A DNA stretch of 61,282 nucleotides, filler included, from Dimargaris cristalligena (lineage: Eukaryota): assembly GCA_003614675.1 (NCBI GenBank). It is 5 parts of 5 records of this genome, joined end to end, with 100 filler letters (N's around TTAATTAATTAA, not from the genome) between each part and the next. Parts side by side here need not be neighbours in the genome. Positions count along the whole stretch, not along the records: positions 1 to 12,215 come from ML003046.1; 4 more parts are not named here. One strand, given 5' to 3'. Made by a program: the position numbers and the translations under genes. Shown piece by piece: positions 1-11,722 of the stretch. The notes under the pieces are model-generated. The model searched no databases. It was not told the origin of the DNA and worked only from the letters and a program-made list of their open reading frames with translations. Numbering within the stretch: position 1 is the stretch's first letter; every line of letters starts with the position of its first letter.

Positions 1-73
1 TAAACATCCCACCAATTTTCCCATACACATATCGGTTAAACCCTTATACAACCAAGCTGAACTTTACCCATAT
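1..73. mobile_element. MITE-like element, partial copy cut by the window edge
   Basis: 1..73 is a near-perfect reverse complement of 138..210 and ends in CCC-ATAT like the other copies. Confidence 0.6.
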
Positions 74-137
74 GCATCTTCCGTGCTAGTTGCATAAGTG
101 CGCTGTTATTATTATACCATTGGGATATGTTTGAACG

Positions 138-281
138 ATATGGGTGAAGTTCAGCTTGGCTGTATAAGGTTTTAACTGATATGTGTAGGGGAAAATCGGT
201 GGGATGTTTATTTTCAACCAGTAGTATATGCCTCAACAAATGGATTTTTCATTATACAGTCTTGTTAAACTACTCCCATAT
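138..281. mobile_element. MITE-like element (~136 bp), ATAT-GGG...CCC-ATAT ends
   Basis: Imperfect terminal inverted repeats (GGGTGAAGTTCAGCTTGGCTGTATAA / TTATACAGTCTTGTTAAACTACTCCC) flanked by ATAT; homologous to 7008..7133 and 35655..35795. Confidence 0.65.
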
Positions 282-1104
282 TAATTAAAACCCTGGATTA
301 AAGGTTCAATATGTGGCCGGTATATTGGCATGGAGTCGTTTAATACCTTATCATTTCCATGACCCCTCCTCCCCCCAGTTATCTTTAATTTTTAATTTCG
401 ACTCATTGTGTTAATAATATTTTTATTAGTTATATATATACGTCTATACTGTATATAAAGCATTGGCTATGGTGTATGATTACGATCTGATGTCTATGGA
501 TTAGTTAAGGAATAAACTGCTAGCTATCCGATATTTCTTGATAGACACCTCGCTTATTGGGCTAATATATAGGAGGGAGAACTCCACCCCGTATCGTGCC
601 ACGTCATTGGCTTTCTGAGAAGGGTTCCCTTTATAACCGGTATACATTATAGAATCCATTTATATTTCAACTTAGGCTCAGGGGATGGCTACTCCACTAT
701 TTATCGACTCATACATATACACACTGAGTGTTACACCACCATCTTTTACTCTTTTTATAATAGGGATGTAGGAAAATGTCAGGGGTAGTAGCTAAAGTGA
801 CTAAACATACAATTGCAAGTCAATCAGATGCTCTGATTCTAGGTAATTAGGCGGTGTTTGGTGGCCACAGCATCTCAATTATCTATATATTACAGCTATT
901 AATTTTGAAGCAATATAAGCTTAGCAACAGTGGGCCAAAAATGGTACATAAAGAATACTGAGACTGCGCTCATTACAAATTATAATTAAATGGTAGACTT
1001 ATTCTGAATCTATATATAGCTATTATCTGTTACAGCTAAACTGGATTGGTATAACTGCTACACTCGCATGATGTAAACTAATGTGGATTTAATAAAAATG
1101 ACCG

Positions 1105-2254
1105 ATTATTAAACTACACTTTATTTGACATGTCTTGCTGATTTTGGGCTTGATGTAATCCTCTGCCTTAGGCTACCAAATAAGACCCTATCAGCCAAGC
1201 CTACTCACATTCCAGAACTGCTACTATTGCAGCAGGTAGCCACTCTAATCCAATGCTAGAGTCCATGGATTTGGATTCCTATATAGTATAGCCATTGGTA
1301 TTGGCTCTACTATGACTTATTCAAGAGGAATTGACTGGGGATATCAATATATATAGGAGTTTAGGAATTGGGTTCTAAATCAAGACAAATATGCAGGAGT
1401 CCTAGTGGCTGAAAATTGTAAATTAAGTAAGTATAGGCTAAGAAATGCCAGACTGTACCCCTGGTGGAGTATTTATAAGTGGGGGTGCCACCAGAGATTA
1501 TTACAATAGTTGCCATGATGGCACTAAAAGAACTATTAGATCAACAATGTGGGCTTAGCAGATGCCCTCCAGTATCACCAGTACTCTTCCTGGTTGGCCA
1601 TCTGATGTGGTCTCCATATATTCATACTCTCCCAGGTGTATTCCTTATTATTTATCAGCTTATATCTACAGTATATATCCCAATATACCAGTGGAAGCTA
1701 ATCACCAGTAATTATTTTTACATTTAGTCCCATATATCAACCCCCCTCTTTATACTGACCTATATCAGTATGTTTGAATAAAAACAGCTCCAAGTGACAT
1801 GTTCTTAGGAAACCTGACTGTGTGGACTCTAGTACACTGCTGTAATAGATAGTCATGATGGTAGTCTCATTATTCATTTTTAACCTACTTAATAATTGGC
1901 CAAAAGGTACTATATATTAAAATATATTTATATTAGGCTTTCATAGTTGAATATATATTCCTTTTATAATTAGAAATAGTCTGTTTTTACAAGCTGGTTA
2001 ATAATCAGAATAAATATAATATTCAGATATGATTGATCATCAAATTAAAGCTCTGGTTTCACAAAAATAAAACCATGACTGGCATTTTTCCATTATAAGA
2101 GCTTAATAACTAACTAATACCACAATATAAAAGATTGCCAGTGGAATAAAATAGATGCCCCATCATCAAGGAGATTTATAGTTACACTACTTGACTTAAT
2201 ATCCTAAAAAACTGCAAAGTAACAATGGGTATAAGTATATTATCACTTTTTATT
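1105..2254. repeat. AT-rich, CpG-free degenerate repeat or transposon-derived DNA
   Basis: No CG dinucleotide found by eye, TA-rich, no credible ORF; abuts the LTR cluster. Confidence 0.4.
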
Positions 2255-2671
2255 TATTACCTAGGTTAACTACCCTTAGCCCATCAAGAGTTCTGAGGAT
2301 AGGCTTCTAACAATAGGTAGGGCTTAGATTCAGCTAAATAGGCTACTGGTATTAGGTATAGGGTACTATACTAACTAATAAAGGCTATAGTATGGATATA
2401 TAAGGGACATAAAGTGGGCATACTTACTAGTCAAAATGGGGGAATAAGTATATATATAGAGTTTATAGGGAATAAACTAGGGGAAAAAATAAGCAAAGGA
2501 ACCTAACTAGTCCTAATGGGGCCTAGTTATATATATGCAGGAATAATTCCAGAGGGAGGTCCTAAGGAAAGGATACTACTAAAACTAAAGTATAAGTATA
2601 TAGGCTAACCAGGAAGTCATGAGTATACAGAAGACTCTGATGGTAACTAGAAGAGTCTTCAGATTAGTACT
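2255..2671 (-). mobile_element. Truncated LTR copy
   Basis: Begins TATTACCTAGGTTAAC (a mutated TGTCGCCCGGGTTAAC); colinear with 10145..10560; broken by the full copy at 2672. Confidence 0.75.
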
Positions 2672-3246
2672 TGTTGGCCCTCCTAATCTGACTTAATCTG
2701 GACATAACAATTGTCCATCCCTATTAGGCCTTATAGTGCCATATTAACCTTCCCATGGTCACCCCCAGTACTATGGGATCACCCTATATTATATAACCCT
2801 TCCCTTCTTGACTCCAGAACCCATTATTCACCCCTGGGCTGATCTAATGACTCTTCCAGTTCCCAGCCAAGTCTTCTATGCCCCTATACCATCCAGTTAA
2901 CTAGTTTATCCATCAGTAGTCTTAGTAGTATCTTCCTTTAGGGACCTCCCTTTGGAGTAGTCCCCCACATATATATAACCAGCCCCCACTGGGACCAGTT
3001 AGATGGTAGCTTATTCATGTCCCCCAGTTTACCTCAATAAACTCTATATATACTCACCCCCCATACTAACTAGTAAGTGTGTCTGCTGCACATCCCTTAC
3101 ATATACTGGTGCTTATCCTTTATTGGTTAGTGCTGCACCCCCATCCTAATGCTAGTAGCCTACTTGGCTGAGTCTAAGCCCCACCTACTATTAGAAGACT
3201 ATCCTTGGGACTCTTGATGGACTAAGAGTGGTTAACCTGGGCAACA
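2672..3246 (+). mobile_element. Solo LTR of an LTR retrotransposon (575 bp); strand labels for this family are relative
   Basis: TGTTGGCCC...GGGCAACA inverted termini; internal TATATATAA and AATAAA; close reverse complement of 11148..11722. Confidence 0.85.
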
Positions 3247-3635
3247 ATGAGTATATATAGAGTTTATTGGGATGGACTAGGGGGGGTAAGAATAAGCTAA
3301 TGTTAACCAGTCCCAGCAGGGGCCAGTTATATATACGCAGGGGACTACTCTAAAGGGAGGTCCCCAAAGTGAGATACTATGGAGGAATACTGATGGATAG
3401 AGACTAGCTGGATAGTGAAAGGGTATGGAAGACTCTGCTGGGAATTGGAAGAGTTGTCAGATCAGCCCGAGAGTGATTAATGGTACTCCAGCATCCAGAA
3501 AGAGAAGGGTTATATGATATAAGGGGATCCTATAGTACTGGGGGTGACTGTGGGAGGGAAAATATGGCACTATAAGGCCTAATAGGGAGGGATGATTATT
3601 AAGTCTGGATTTAGGTTAGATTAGGAGGGCCGATA
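3247..3635 (-). mobile_element. Truncated LTR copy
   Basis: Same family in the opposite orientation; ends GATTAGGAGGGCCGATA, the LTR terminus. Confidence 0.75.
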
Positions 3636-4204
3636 CTAACTATAAAAGGGGGTATATAATAAGGATTAATTAACTAAAGAATAACTATAGGAATTGGCTC
3701 AGCTTTATATAGCCTAATAGACTAATGATAAAGGCATTGAAATAGCATGGAAGATTCTGGATGACACTATTAGATAGTGATATAATGAATAGCTAATAAT
3801 ATATGGATATATAGTAGAGGGGATATATGGAATAGGTGAATAGAGTGGTGGGAATGGTTGAAGGAAGGTGATCCTTCATTAAGGCCAACTTCCCGTACCT
3901 CATTAATGGAACTAAGCAATGATGGCACCTAATCAATCATAGTTAGCCAGCTTTAATCCTCTGGATTATTAAGCACGATAATAACCAATAGAAATAATTT
4001 AGGAGCACCAAATGCTTAAAATAGGATTCCACAAATTGATAGGTTCAACTGTTTAACAAACTACAACATTTGGCTGTCACTATAGACAAGCCAAAATAAT
4101 AGTTCATAATGTGGATCACTGCTGAAATATACTGCAATCAAGTATTGGTAGCCAAATGACTTAACCCAGAGTTATGGCCGCCACAACGAACTATTTTGGT
4201 ATCA

Positions 4205-5572
4205 TTACTTCGGCAAAAGCCGAAAAATAATATGGGAATGTTCATTTCGGATTCGGGGTAGATCATCACGGAAGATCCAGAGGACATATACTTCCTGAAG
4301 GTTGGGTAGGCGCGATAATATAGCCGCGAGTTCATGTAAATTGGTCAGTCGAAACGACAAGGCAATTTGTGGAAGTGTACTAGAAAAAAAGTCTTGATCG
4401 ACTAGCTGGCGCATAAAATCCACGCCACTATCTTGTATAGTCAGAGACTTGAGCTTAACGCACTTGTATAAAGTTTGTGCAGTGGTAACTGCAAGATCAG
4501 CAAGATCAATTAGGATAAGGGTGTGGAGTCTTGGATAACTCTGGGCAATAAGTAGACCAAGATCGGGAACCGTGATATTACCAGCAATGCCTAATATAGT
4601 AAGTCGTGCCCGGGGTAGTTTAAAAAACTGGTGTAAGGCTTCTTGCTTATCGGGGGATGACGATGGGTTTGATCCAAAATTGATTGTTATCTTAGTCAAA
4701 CAAGGAAACCTATCTTCGGTTATATTGCTAAGAGCCTGTAGTCGGTTTAATATTTGGCCAATGTTCAAATTAAGAGATACCAGCTTCTGGGGATATGGCA
4801 AGTGATAGTTACACACAAGGCGGAGATTCTGACGAGAAATCATCAACATGTCGGTATATCGAGGGACACGGCTCTGCCCTATACTGTAAAGACGATCATC
4901 AGGCGGGTCTCTGTGGGGTCTTGGGTGCTGATATAGAGGACGTTCCCTTAGATGCTGGATTGTGACGCCATCGCCTATGGGTTGGATATTTAGGGCGAGG
5001 TCCTCGAGTTGATACCATAGAGAATACAATGCCTCTAGAGAGTACGGGTCCCGATCAAGCTGGATGGATCGGCGAATTGTATTTAAGCCACGATAGTTAC
5101 ACACGACTAATTTACGTGGTGGCTGAGCCAAACTTGTCAAGCAATTCAAAAAAATCGACCAAGAGTTCAAATCAGGCAGGTTGAATTCGATAGTATGTAA
5201 GTGAGATAGTTGCTTAAATAGCAAACGGAGTTGATTTGGACTGGGTACTCCAGCTTGTCCCACGTTATTAAGTTTTAAACTATATACGCGCGGGCGGTGG
5301 CGACTGATAAACTGAGTAAGATTGTCACTGAGGTAGCCACGTCCCTGAAATGATAATTTTATCAGGTAGGCTGAGGTGACGAATGGACGGAGCGTACGGC
5401 AGACGGCCGCTAAGTGTAATTGGTCAGCTTGGTGGAGATAGCGAACAAACCGGTAACCAAGCAAATGGTTGGCCGGGTTCAATATACACACCAGTAGTCC
5501 AAGGCCGGGGGACTGGATGGTTTGCGGTTGGCCATCAGGTCCGAAGGATTGATTAGAGAAACTAGAAAACAT
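4205..5572 (-). CDS. Lineage-specific F-box-like/LRR (RNI-like) protein, paralogue A, 455 aa
   Basis: Intact ORF; F-box-like YLHQADQLHLAAVCRTLRPF; leucine-rich repeats (FPCLTKITI, YPRLHTLIL, LPNLQEVYV); colinear with the 7333..8712 protein. Confidence 0.75.
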   Translation of the reverse strand: MFSSFSNQSFGPDGQPQTIQSPGLGLLVCILNPANHLLGYRFVRYLHQADQLHLAAVCRTLRPFVTSAYLIKLSFQGRGYLSDNLTQFISRHRPRVYSLKLNNVGQAGVPSPNQLRLLFKQLSHLHTIEFNLPDLNSWSIFLNCLTSLAQPPRKLVVCNYRGLNTIRRSIQLDRDPYSLEALYSLWYQLEDLALNIQPIGDGVTIQHLRERPLYQHPRPHRDPPDDRLYSIGQSRVPRYTDMLMISRQNLRLVCNYHLPYPQKLVSLNLNIGQILNRLQALSNITEDRFPCLTKITINFGSNPSSSPDKQEALHQFFKLPRARLTILGIAGNITVPDLGLLIAQSYPRLHTLILIDLADLAVTTAQTLYKCVKLKSLTIQDSGVDFMRQLVDQDFFSSTLPQIALSFRLTNLHELAAILSRLPNLQEVYVLWIFRDDLPRIRNEHSHIIFRLLPK

Positions 5573-7007
5573 GGTGACTGCATTAATGGCCCAAGACCAA
5601 TTGGCGAATTGCCCGAGTTCCGGTACTATAAAACTGAGGGGGTCAGCTCCCTTAGAGCTAGAAATAAGAAACGGAGTAGTAGACTTCTGAAAATATTACG
5701 AGAGTATGGATCTATGGTAAGTGTAAGTAGGTATTGCTAAGTTGATGCAGCATACCGGGAGATACGGACTTGAAAGAATAGAGGAAATTTCTTATAATTT
5801 ATTGGAGATGCGATATAGACGGTTTATATCCCGAAAATTGTAGCTTAGTTGCTCAATATGAGGTCTACTGGTCACTGCGCTGTCGTTGCTACTGTCATAA
5901 AGACCATGGTGAATGATGCCGTGGCTTCCGATTGAAAGCCAATAACTCTGCCAAAGAGAAAAAAATAGAACAGGTGGGTCTAAGGATCTTCCAGTAGTAG
6001 ATAAGACTAAGGCCAGGTTGTAGCTAATTGGCAAATGAATACACTGCTTGGAAAAAGGGCGGCCTCACTGCTAGCCATTGATGAATTGGCCATTCAAGCC
6101 GTCGAACAATGAACCCGAAGCGGTTTTCCCTCCTCCTGGAAGAAGTGGAAGGCCACCATAGGATTGTTCTAAAAGCCTTGATTAACGGCGGAAACGTCAC
6201 CTGAATTTCTTTATGTGGCCATTAAACGCTTTCCACGATGTCCGCCTCCGCCAGAGTGCCATTAAACTGACAAGGTAGATAATTATCAAGCCCGTAAATT
6301 CATAATTCTAACTGCTACAGACTTAAGATGGAAGACCAATAATGGTGTCATAAATTTCCACCCTCAGGCATCATTAATAAGTAGGTGCAATATCTTAATA
6401 CATGATGTATGGGGAAAGACCCATATCAATGAGGCGGTAGTACTTGAATAGTTGAATTTCGCAATAGGACCACACCATTAACCTAGACGTTGTACATTTT
6501 AGGCAATTTGCCTCAAAAATACTACCGCCCTTGCTACGGATTTTTCTTGTGGAGTGAGTATGTTTATTTTGCTGGGAGACTCGGCCTTCGACGTGACAGG
6601 TTTGGAGATCTGCGAAACAACTTTGATGTTCTTACCAGGCAGCTTTGATGTCAATATAGAAGGCCCCAATTTGACAGTTTTGGGGATGCTTAAGGGTCCA
6701 TATTATGTGGTTTTGGGGTGCCGGGAATCATAATAGACACTGTGTATATTTGCAGGAAACAAGGAAATTTCAACTTCTGATATGCTTGGAATTACCAATG
6801 AAAATATTTAAGTGTTTATTGGCATGCATAATAGTATCCAAATAATATGTGAACTTCAATGTGTAGACAATTTATTTGTTCTCCTTCACAGGATTCTAAC
6901 GCCTTCTATATGCGAATTCGGATAATTTGGAAATGCTAGTTGCGTTGTAAGAAGAGATACAAAGAAAGTAAAAAATTAAAGCTACAATGAATATTTCTAT
7001 TAAAACC

Positions 7008-7133
7008 ATATGGGAATAGTTCAACCAGGCTGTATAACAAACAATGCTACTAGGTGGAAATACATATCCCACTGATTTTTCCATATACATATCAGTTAAA
7101 ACCTTATACAGCCGAGCCAAGCTTCACCCATAT
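7008..7133. mobile_element. MITE-like element copy
   Basis: ATAT-GGG...CCC-ATAT ends; shares ACATATCAGTTAAAACCTTATACAGCC with the reverse complement of 138..281. Confidence 0.65.
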
Positions 7134-7332
7134 TAAGGATGGGGAAATTGAAATGTTATTAATCGCAGTAATAATATAAATGAAAATTATCACAGTAGAT
7201 ATTGGTAGGATAAAAAACAAGCAAACGATAGGTTTGCTGGCTAAGCCATGATTGAATTTTATACCAGCCACTAGCAATCAAGCATGGCATGCCGGATAGT
7301 CCAACAAATCACAGCCACCACAACCTAATATT

Positions 7333-8712
7333 TTAAGATGCAAATGCTCGAAAAAATCGAAAAATTATATGAGGATACTCATTTTGGATTTGGAGTAGAT
7401 CACCGCAGATAGGCAGACGGACATATACTTCCTGAAGGTTGGGTAGACGCGGTAATATGGCCGAAAGTTCGCGTAGATTGGTATGTCGATTCAGCAAGAC
7501 AATTTGTGGAAGTGTACTAGAATAAAAGTCTTGATCGAATAGCTGGCGCATAAAATCCACGTTACCATCATATATAGTCATTGACTTGAGCTTAGCGCAA
7601 TTGGATAAAATGTATGCAGTGGTAGCTGCAAGATTAACAAGACACGCTAGGGTAAGGACGCGGAGTTTTGGAAAACCCTGAGCAATAAGAGGGCCAAGAT
7701 TGGGAACCCTAATATTTCCAAGAATGTATAATTTAGTGAGTCCTACCCAAGGCATTTTAAAAAATTGGTATAAAGCATCTTGTTCATCGGGGGATAGCGG
7801 CGGAGCTGGTCTAAAAGTGATGATTAGTGTAGTCAAATAAGGATACCTTGCTTCGGTTAGTTTTCCAAGGGCCAGAAACTGGTCCAACCCCTGGCCGATG
7901 AACAAACTAAGGGAGACTGGCTGTTGGGGATACGGCTGAGATGGACTGCGCAGGAGGCGACAACCCCAATGCCTAACCAATGGCATAATATCGGTATGCT
8001 GAGAGTTGCGGCTTGGTTCCGTATGGCGAGGGAAATCCCCAGGTTGGTCTCTGCGGGGTTGCAGGCGCCGAAAATGGGGGTGGTCATGTAAAATGTGAAT
8101 GCCAATGGCATTATCCATGATCTGAGTGCCTAGGATGGGTCCTTGAAGTTGATTAAATAAATCGTGTAACACCTCTGAATAGTATTGCTCTGGATCAAGC
8201 CGGACGGATCGACGAACCAACATCAAACCATGTTTACTGATCACAGCTAATATACGAGGTGAATTAGCAAGACTTGGTAAGTAATTGAAAACAAACGACC
8301 AAGAGTTCAAACAAGGTAGTCCGAATTCTATTGTGTGTACGTGGGATACTTGACGAATAAGTAGGCAGATTTGAATATAGCGGGATATTTTAGGCATTCT
8401 CATGTTGATGATATATAAATGTCGTACACGCGGGCGATAGCGACCGATAAACTGTATAAGGCTGTCGTGGATGTTCCTATACAAATCAAAACATATATTT
8501 ATCTGGTAGGCTGAGGTGATAAATGGACGGAGCATACAGCAGACAGCCGCCAGGCGTAATTGATCCAGTTGGGGGAGGTAGCAAATAAATTGTTTACCAA
8601 GTAAGTGGTGGGTCGGGTTCAATATAAGCAACAGCAGTTTGAGGCCAGGGGAATAAATGGGGTGTGGTTGACACTGAGGGCCAGTGGAATGAGTAAGAAT
8701 ATGAGAAGACAT
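7333..8712 (-). CDS. Lineage-specific F-box-like/LRR protein, paralogue B, ~459 aa
   Basis: ORF 7333..8976; start reassigned to the ATG at 8712 (MSSHIL) because homology with paralogue A begins there; shares DFMRQL.DQDF.SSTLPQI and LPNLQEVYV. Confidence 0.75.
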   Translation of the reverse strand: MSSHILTHSTGPQCQPHPIYSPGLKLLLLILNPTHHLLGKQFICYLPQLDQLRLAAVCCMLRPFITSAYQINICFDLYRNIHDSLIQFIGRYRPRVRHLYIINMRMPKISRYIQICLLIRQVSHVHTIEFGLPCLNSWSFVFNYLPSLANSPRILAVISKHGLMLVRRSVRLDPEQYYSEVLHDLFNQLQGPILGTQIMDNAIGIHILHDHPHFRRLQPRRDQPGDFPRHTEPSRNSQHTDIMPLVRHWGCRLLRSPSQPYPQQPVSLSLFIGQGLDQFLALGKLTEARYPYLTTLIITFRPAPPLSPDEQDALYQFFKMPWVGLTKLYILGNIRVPNLGPLIAQGFPKLRVLTLACLVNLAATTAYILSNCAKLKSMTIYDGNVDFMRQLFDQDFYSSTLPQIVLLNRHTNLRELSAILPRLPNLQEVYVRLPICGDLLQIQNEYPHIIFRFFRAFAS

Positions 8713-10144
8713 GGCAACTACGTTGGTGGTTGACAGGAAACAAGGATAGTACGAATACTGCGACAAGAGAAATAGGGACAACCAAACCAGGCTGAGTTCA
8801 ATGTGCTTGAATAGGAAATGGGCAGCTTTTAAATCAACCATTCCCAAGTTTATCATCATATATATCATTGTGATGGCCGGACTTTTGACGCTTCCCACAT
8901 TGCCTTCCAGAATATACAGACTACTTAAAGAATTACAAGTGTATAATGGCAACGCCGTAGAAATACGGACTCCCACTGCTGTTCAATGCAAGCCCCAAGT
9001 AAACATTGGAGTATTTACATTCCCAATGTCATACTGCGGATCAACAGAAACCGGAATTTGGTATATTCCTTACCCCCCTGGATTGCCTCTTCACTGGCAT
9101 GGGGGGCTGACCCACGAATACAGGTTATTGGCACTATATCGCCAGCTTTTAGCCCAGCCCCCCATGTTTACAGCGGGTCATGACAGCGTAAACCCACCAG
9201 AGACTGTATTGTCAGAAAGGCTGTTCGGTGATGGCGTTGGTTGACCGTTTTCAGGAATGTCCGTCTCGGAATACTTTTTTTTTCGACCCACTTATCTGGA
9301 CATGCCCATGTCCCAATGGCCATTGGGGATGTGGGAGTCCGCTCGGGAGTTGAAATGAAACGTAACATAATCTTAGTAATTACGCCATGCAACTTGTCGC
9401 CATTTATAGCTCGGCATTTATCGAACTATTCGTTTGCAGGGGATTATTAAAGCCCGAATCATCATGATGAGCACGCCATCCTTGGAGATAATGCATGGTG
9501 CTATTCAAAAAGGTATTACCCGACCCCTTACCCCACCAAGTCATGCGGGGATGTAGTAGTAATGGATGTAAAATACTATGGTTTCAAGCCGATGTATACT
9601 GAGTTCTCATGGCAGACCATCCATGCTAGAGCCATATTAAAATACTTAAAAATATATTCCGATGGGTCTATTATTCTCTTCTGTTTTTAACTAATTATGC
9701 TGGTGTATTGGTCATTCTATGTCCTCTCATTTTAACTGCTTAAAATTCCTCCTACTGGCTATATTATTTAATATGACTAGCCACATAGATGCTTACCGCC
9801 CTCTAGCTACTCTCTTCCCTTTACTTGATTTTGTTGACGCACCTATAGCAGTTATAACTGGTTAACTGGGAAACAATGTGGAGAATGGTGGTTGAAGTGT
9901 CAATCATCTGTGGGCTTTGTCTGGGTTTGTGGTTAAAAATTAAATAAAGAACTGGGAAATAGATATGCTGAGAAATAAAATACTAAACCAAGGTCAAGTA
10001 TAAGATTGGTGAAGAGAACAGAGTAAACCATCAATAATCTCTAGAAGATACCAAGATACTATCAAGTATATATACCCCAAAAACACATGAAATCAAAATA
10101 AATCAAATACACAGTATGTAGTGTAAACTGTTAGACTTAATCTC

Positions 10145-10729
10145 TGTTGCCTGAGTTAACTACTCTTAGTTCATCAAGAGTCTCAGGGACAGGCTTCTAA
10201 TGGTAGATGGGGCTTAGACTTAGCCAACTGGGTCCTAGCATTAGGTGGGGGGCACAGTACTAACTAATAAAGGCTAAGCACAGGTATTTATAAGGGATGT
10301 TCAGGGAGCACACTTACTAGTCAATATAAGGGGGGTGAGCATATATAGAGTTTATTGTGATAAACTAAAGGGGTAAGAAAATAAGCTGAGGTGTTGAACC
10401 AGTCCCCATAGGACCTGGTTATATATATGTGGAGGATGACTCTAGAGGGAGGTCCCTAAAGGAGGATACTACTAAGACTAAGGTATAATAAATAAGCCAA
10501 CCAGATAGCCATGAGGATCTGGAAGACTCAGGTGGTAACCAGAAGAGTCTTTGGATTGGCACTATAGTGATTAGTTTCAACTAAGGAGTCTGGAAGGGGA
10601 ATAGTTATGTGATATAGGGTGATCCCATAGTACTAAGGGTGACTATGGGAAGGTTAATATGCTACTATAAGGCCTAATAGGGATGGATAATCACTACATC
10701 TAGATTAAGTTGGATTAGAAGGGCCAACA
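10145..10729 (-). mobile_element. Solo LTR (585 bp) with perfect 5-bp target-site duplication ATCTC
   Basis: TGTTGCC...GGCCAACA termini; ATCTC at 10140..10144 and 10730..10734. Confidence 0.9.
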
Positions 10730-11147
10730 ATCTCCTTGTGGATCCTTCCTCCTGTTTATCTATATTAGTAAATTATATTATTTTTTTCTATCTTAGTATA
10801 GCATACTGTAGAAGAATCTGATGTTATCCCTAACATAAATAACTTATTTCTTAATTAGAAAGTGGGTAACTATTGTATTAATTACTCTACTGTTTGGCCC
10901 TGGATTTGCCTAGTATATCTGACACTGGCATATTGACAGTTTTCACCAGTACCACTAAACTACTATACAAAACATAATAATAGAGCTATGGGTATTCTGA
11001 AATGTGAAATTTCTTACTAAGGACCATGGTGGTAAAAATGAGAAAGGTTGTATATATCAACAAATGGGCAGGATACCCCATTGGATTCAATATCTTAGTC
11101 ACTAAAACTACACTTATGGAATTACAAATAGTTTAATTGTATGTGGG

Positions 11148-11722
11148 TGTCACCTGGGTTAACCACTCTTATTTCATCAAGAGTCCTGAGGATAGGCTTC
11201 TAACAGTATGCAGGGCTTAGACTCAGCCAAGTGGGCTGCTAGCATTAGGATAGGGAGCAGTATTAACCAATAAAGGATAAGTACTGGTATATGTAAGGGA
11301 CATGCAGTGGGTACACTTACTAGTTGGTACAAGGGGGGTAAGTGTATATAGAGTTTATTGAGGTAAACTGGGGGATATGAATAAGCTACCATCTAACTGG
11401 TCCCAGTGGGGGCTGGTTATATATATGTGGGGGACTACTCCAAAGGGAGGTCCCCAAAGGAAGATACTACTAAGACTACTGATAGATAACTAGCTAACTG
11501 GATGGTGTAGGGGTATGGAATACTTGGCTGGGAACTGGAAGAGTCATTAGATCAGCCCAGGGGTGAATGATGAGTTCTGGAGTCAAGAAGGGAAGGGTTA
11601 TATAATATAGGAGGATCCCATAGTACTAAGGGTGACTATGGGATGATAAATATGGTACTATAAGGCCTAATAGGGATGATCCAGTATTATATCCAGATTA
11701 AGCCAGATTAGAAGGGCTAACA
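11148..11722 (-). mobile_element. Solo LTR (575 bp)
   Basis: TGTCACC...GGCTAACA termini; near-identical inverted copy of 2672..3246. Confidence 0.85.

Noticed and set aside
8713-8976. 88-aa N-terminal extension of paralogue B
   Set aside because: Non-ATG start and no counterpart in paralogue A; likely 5' UTR or promoter.
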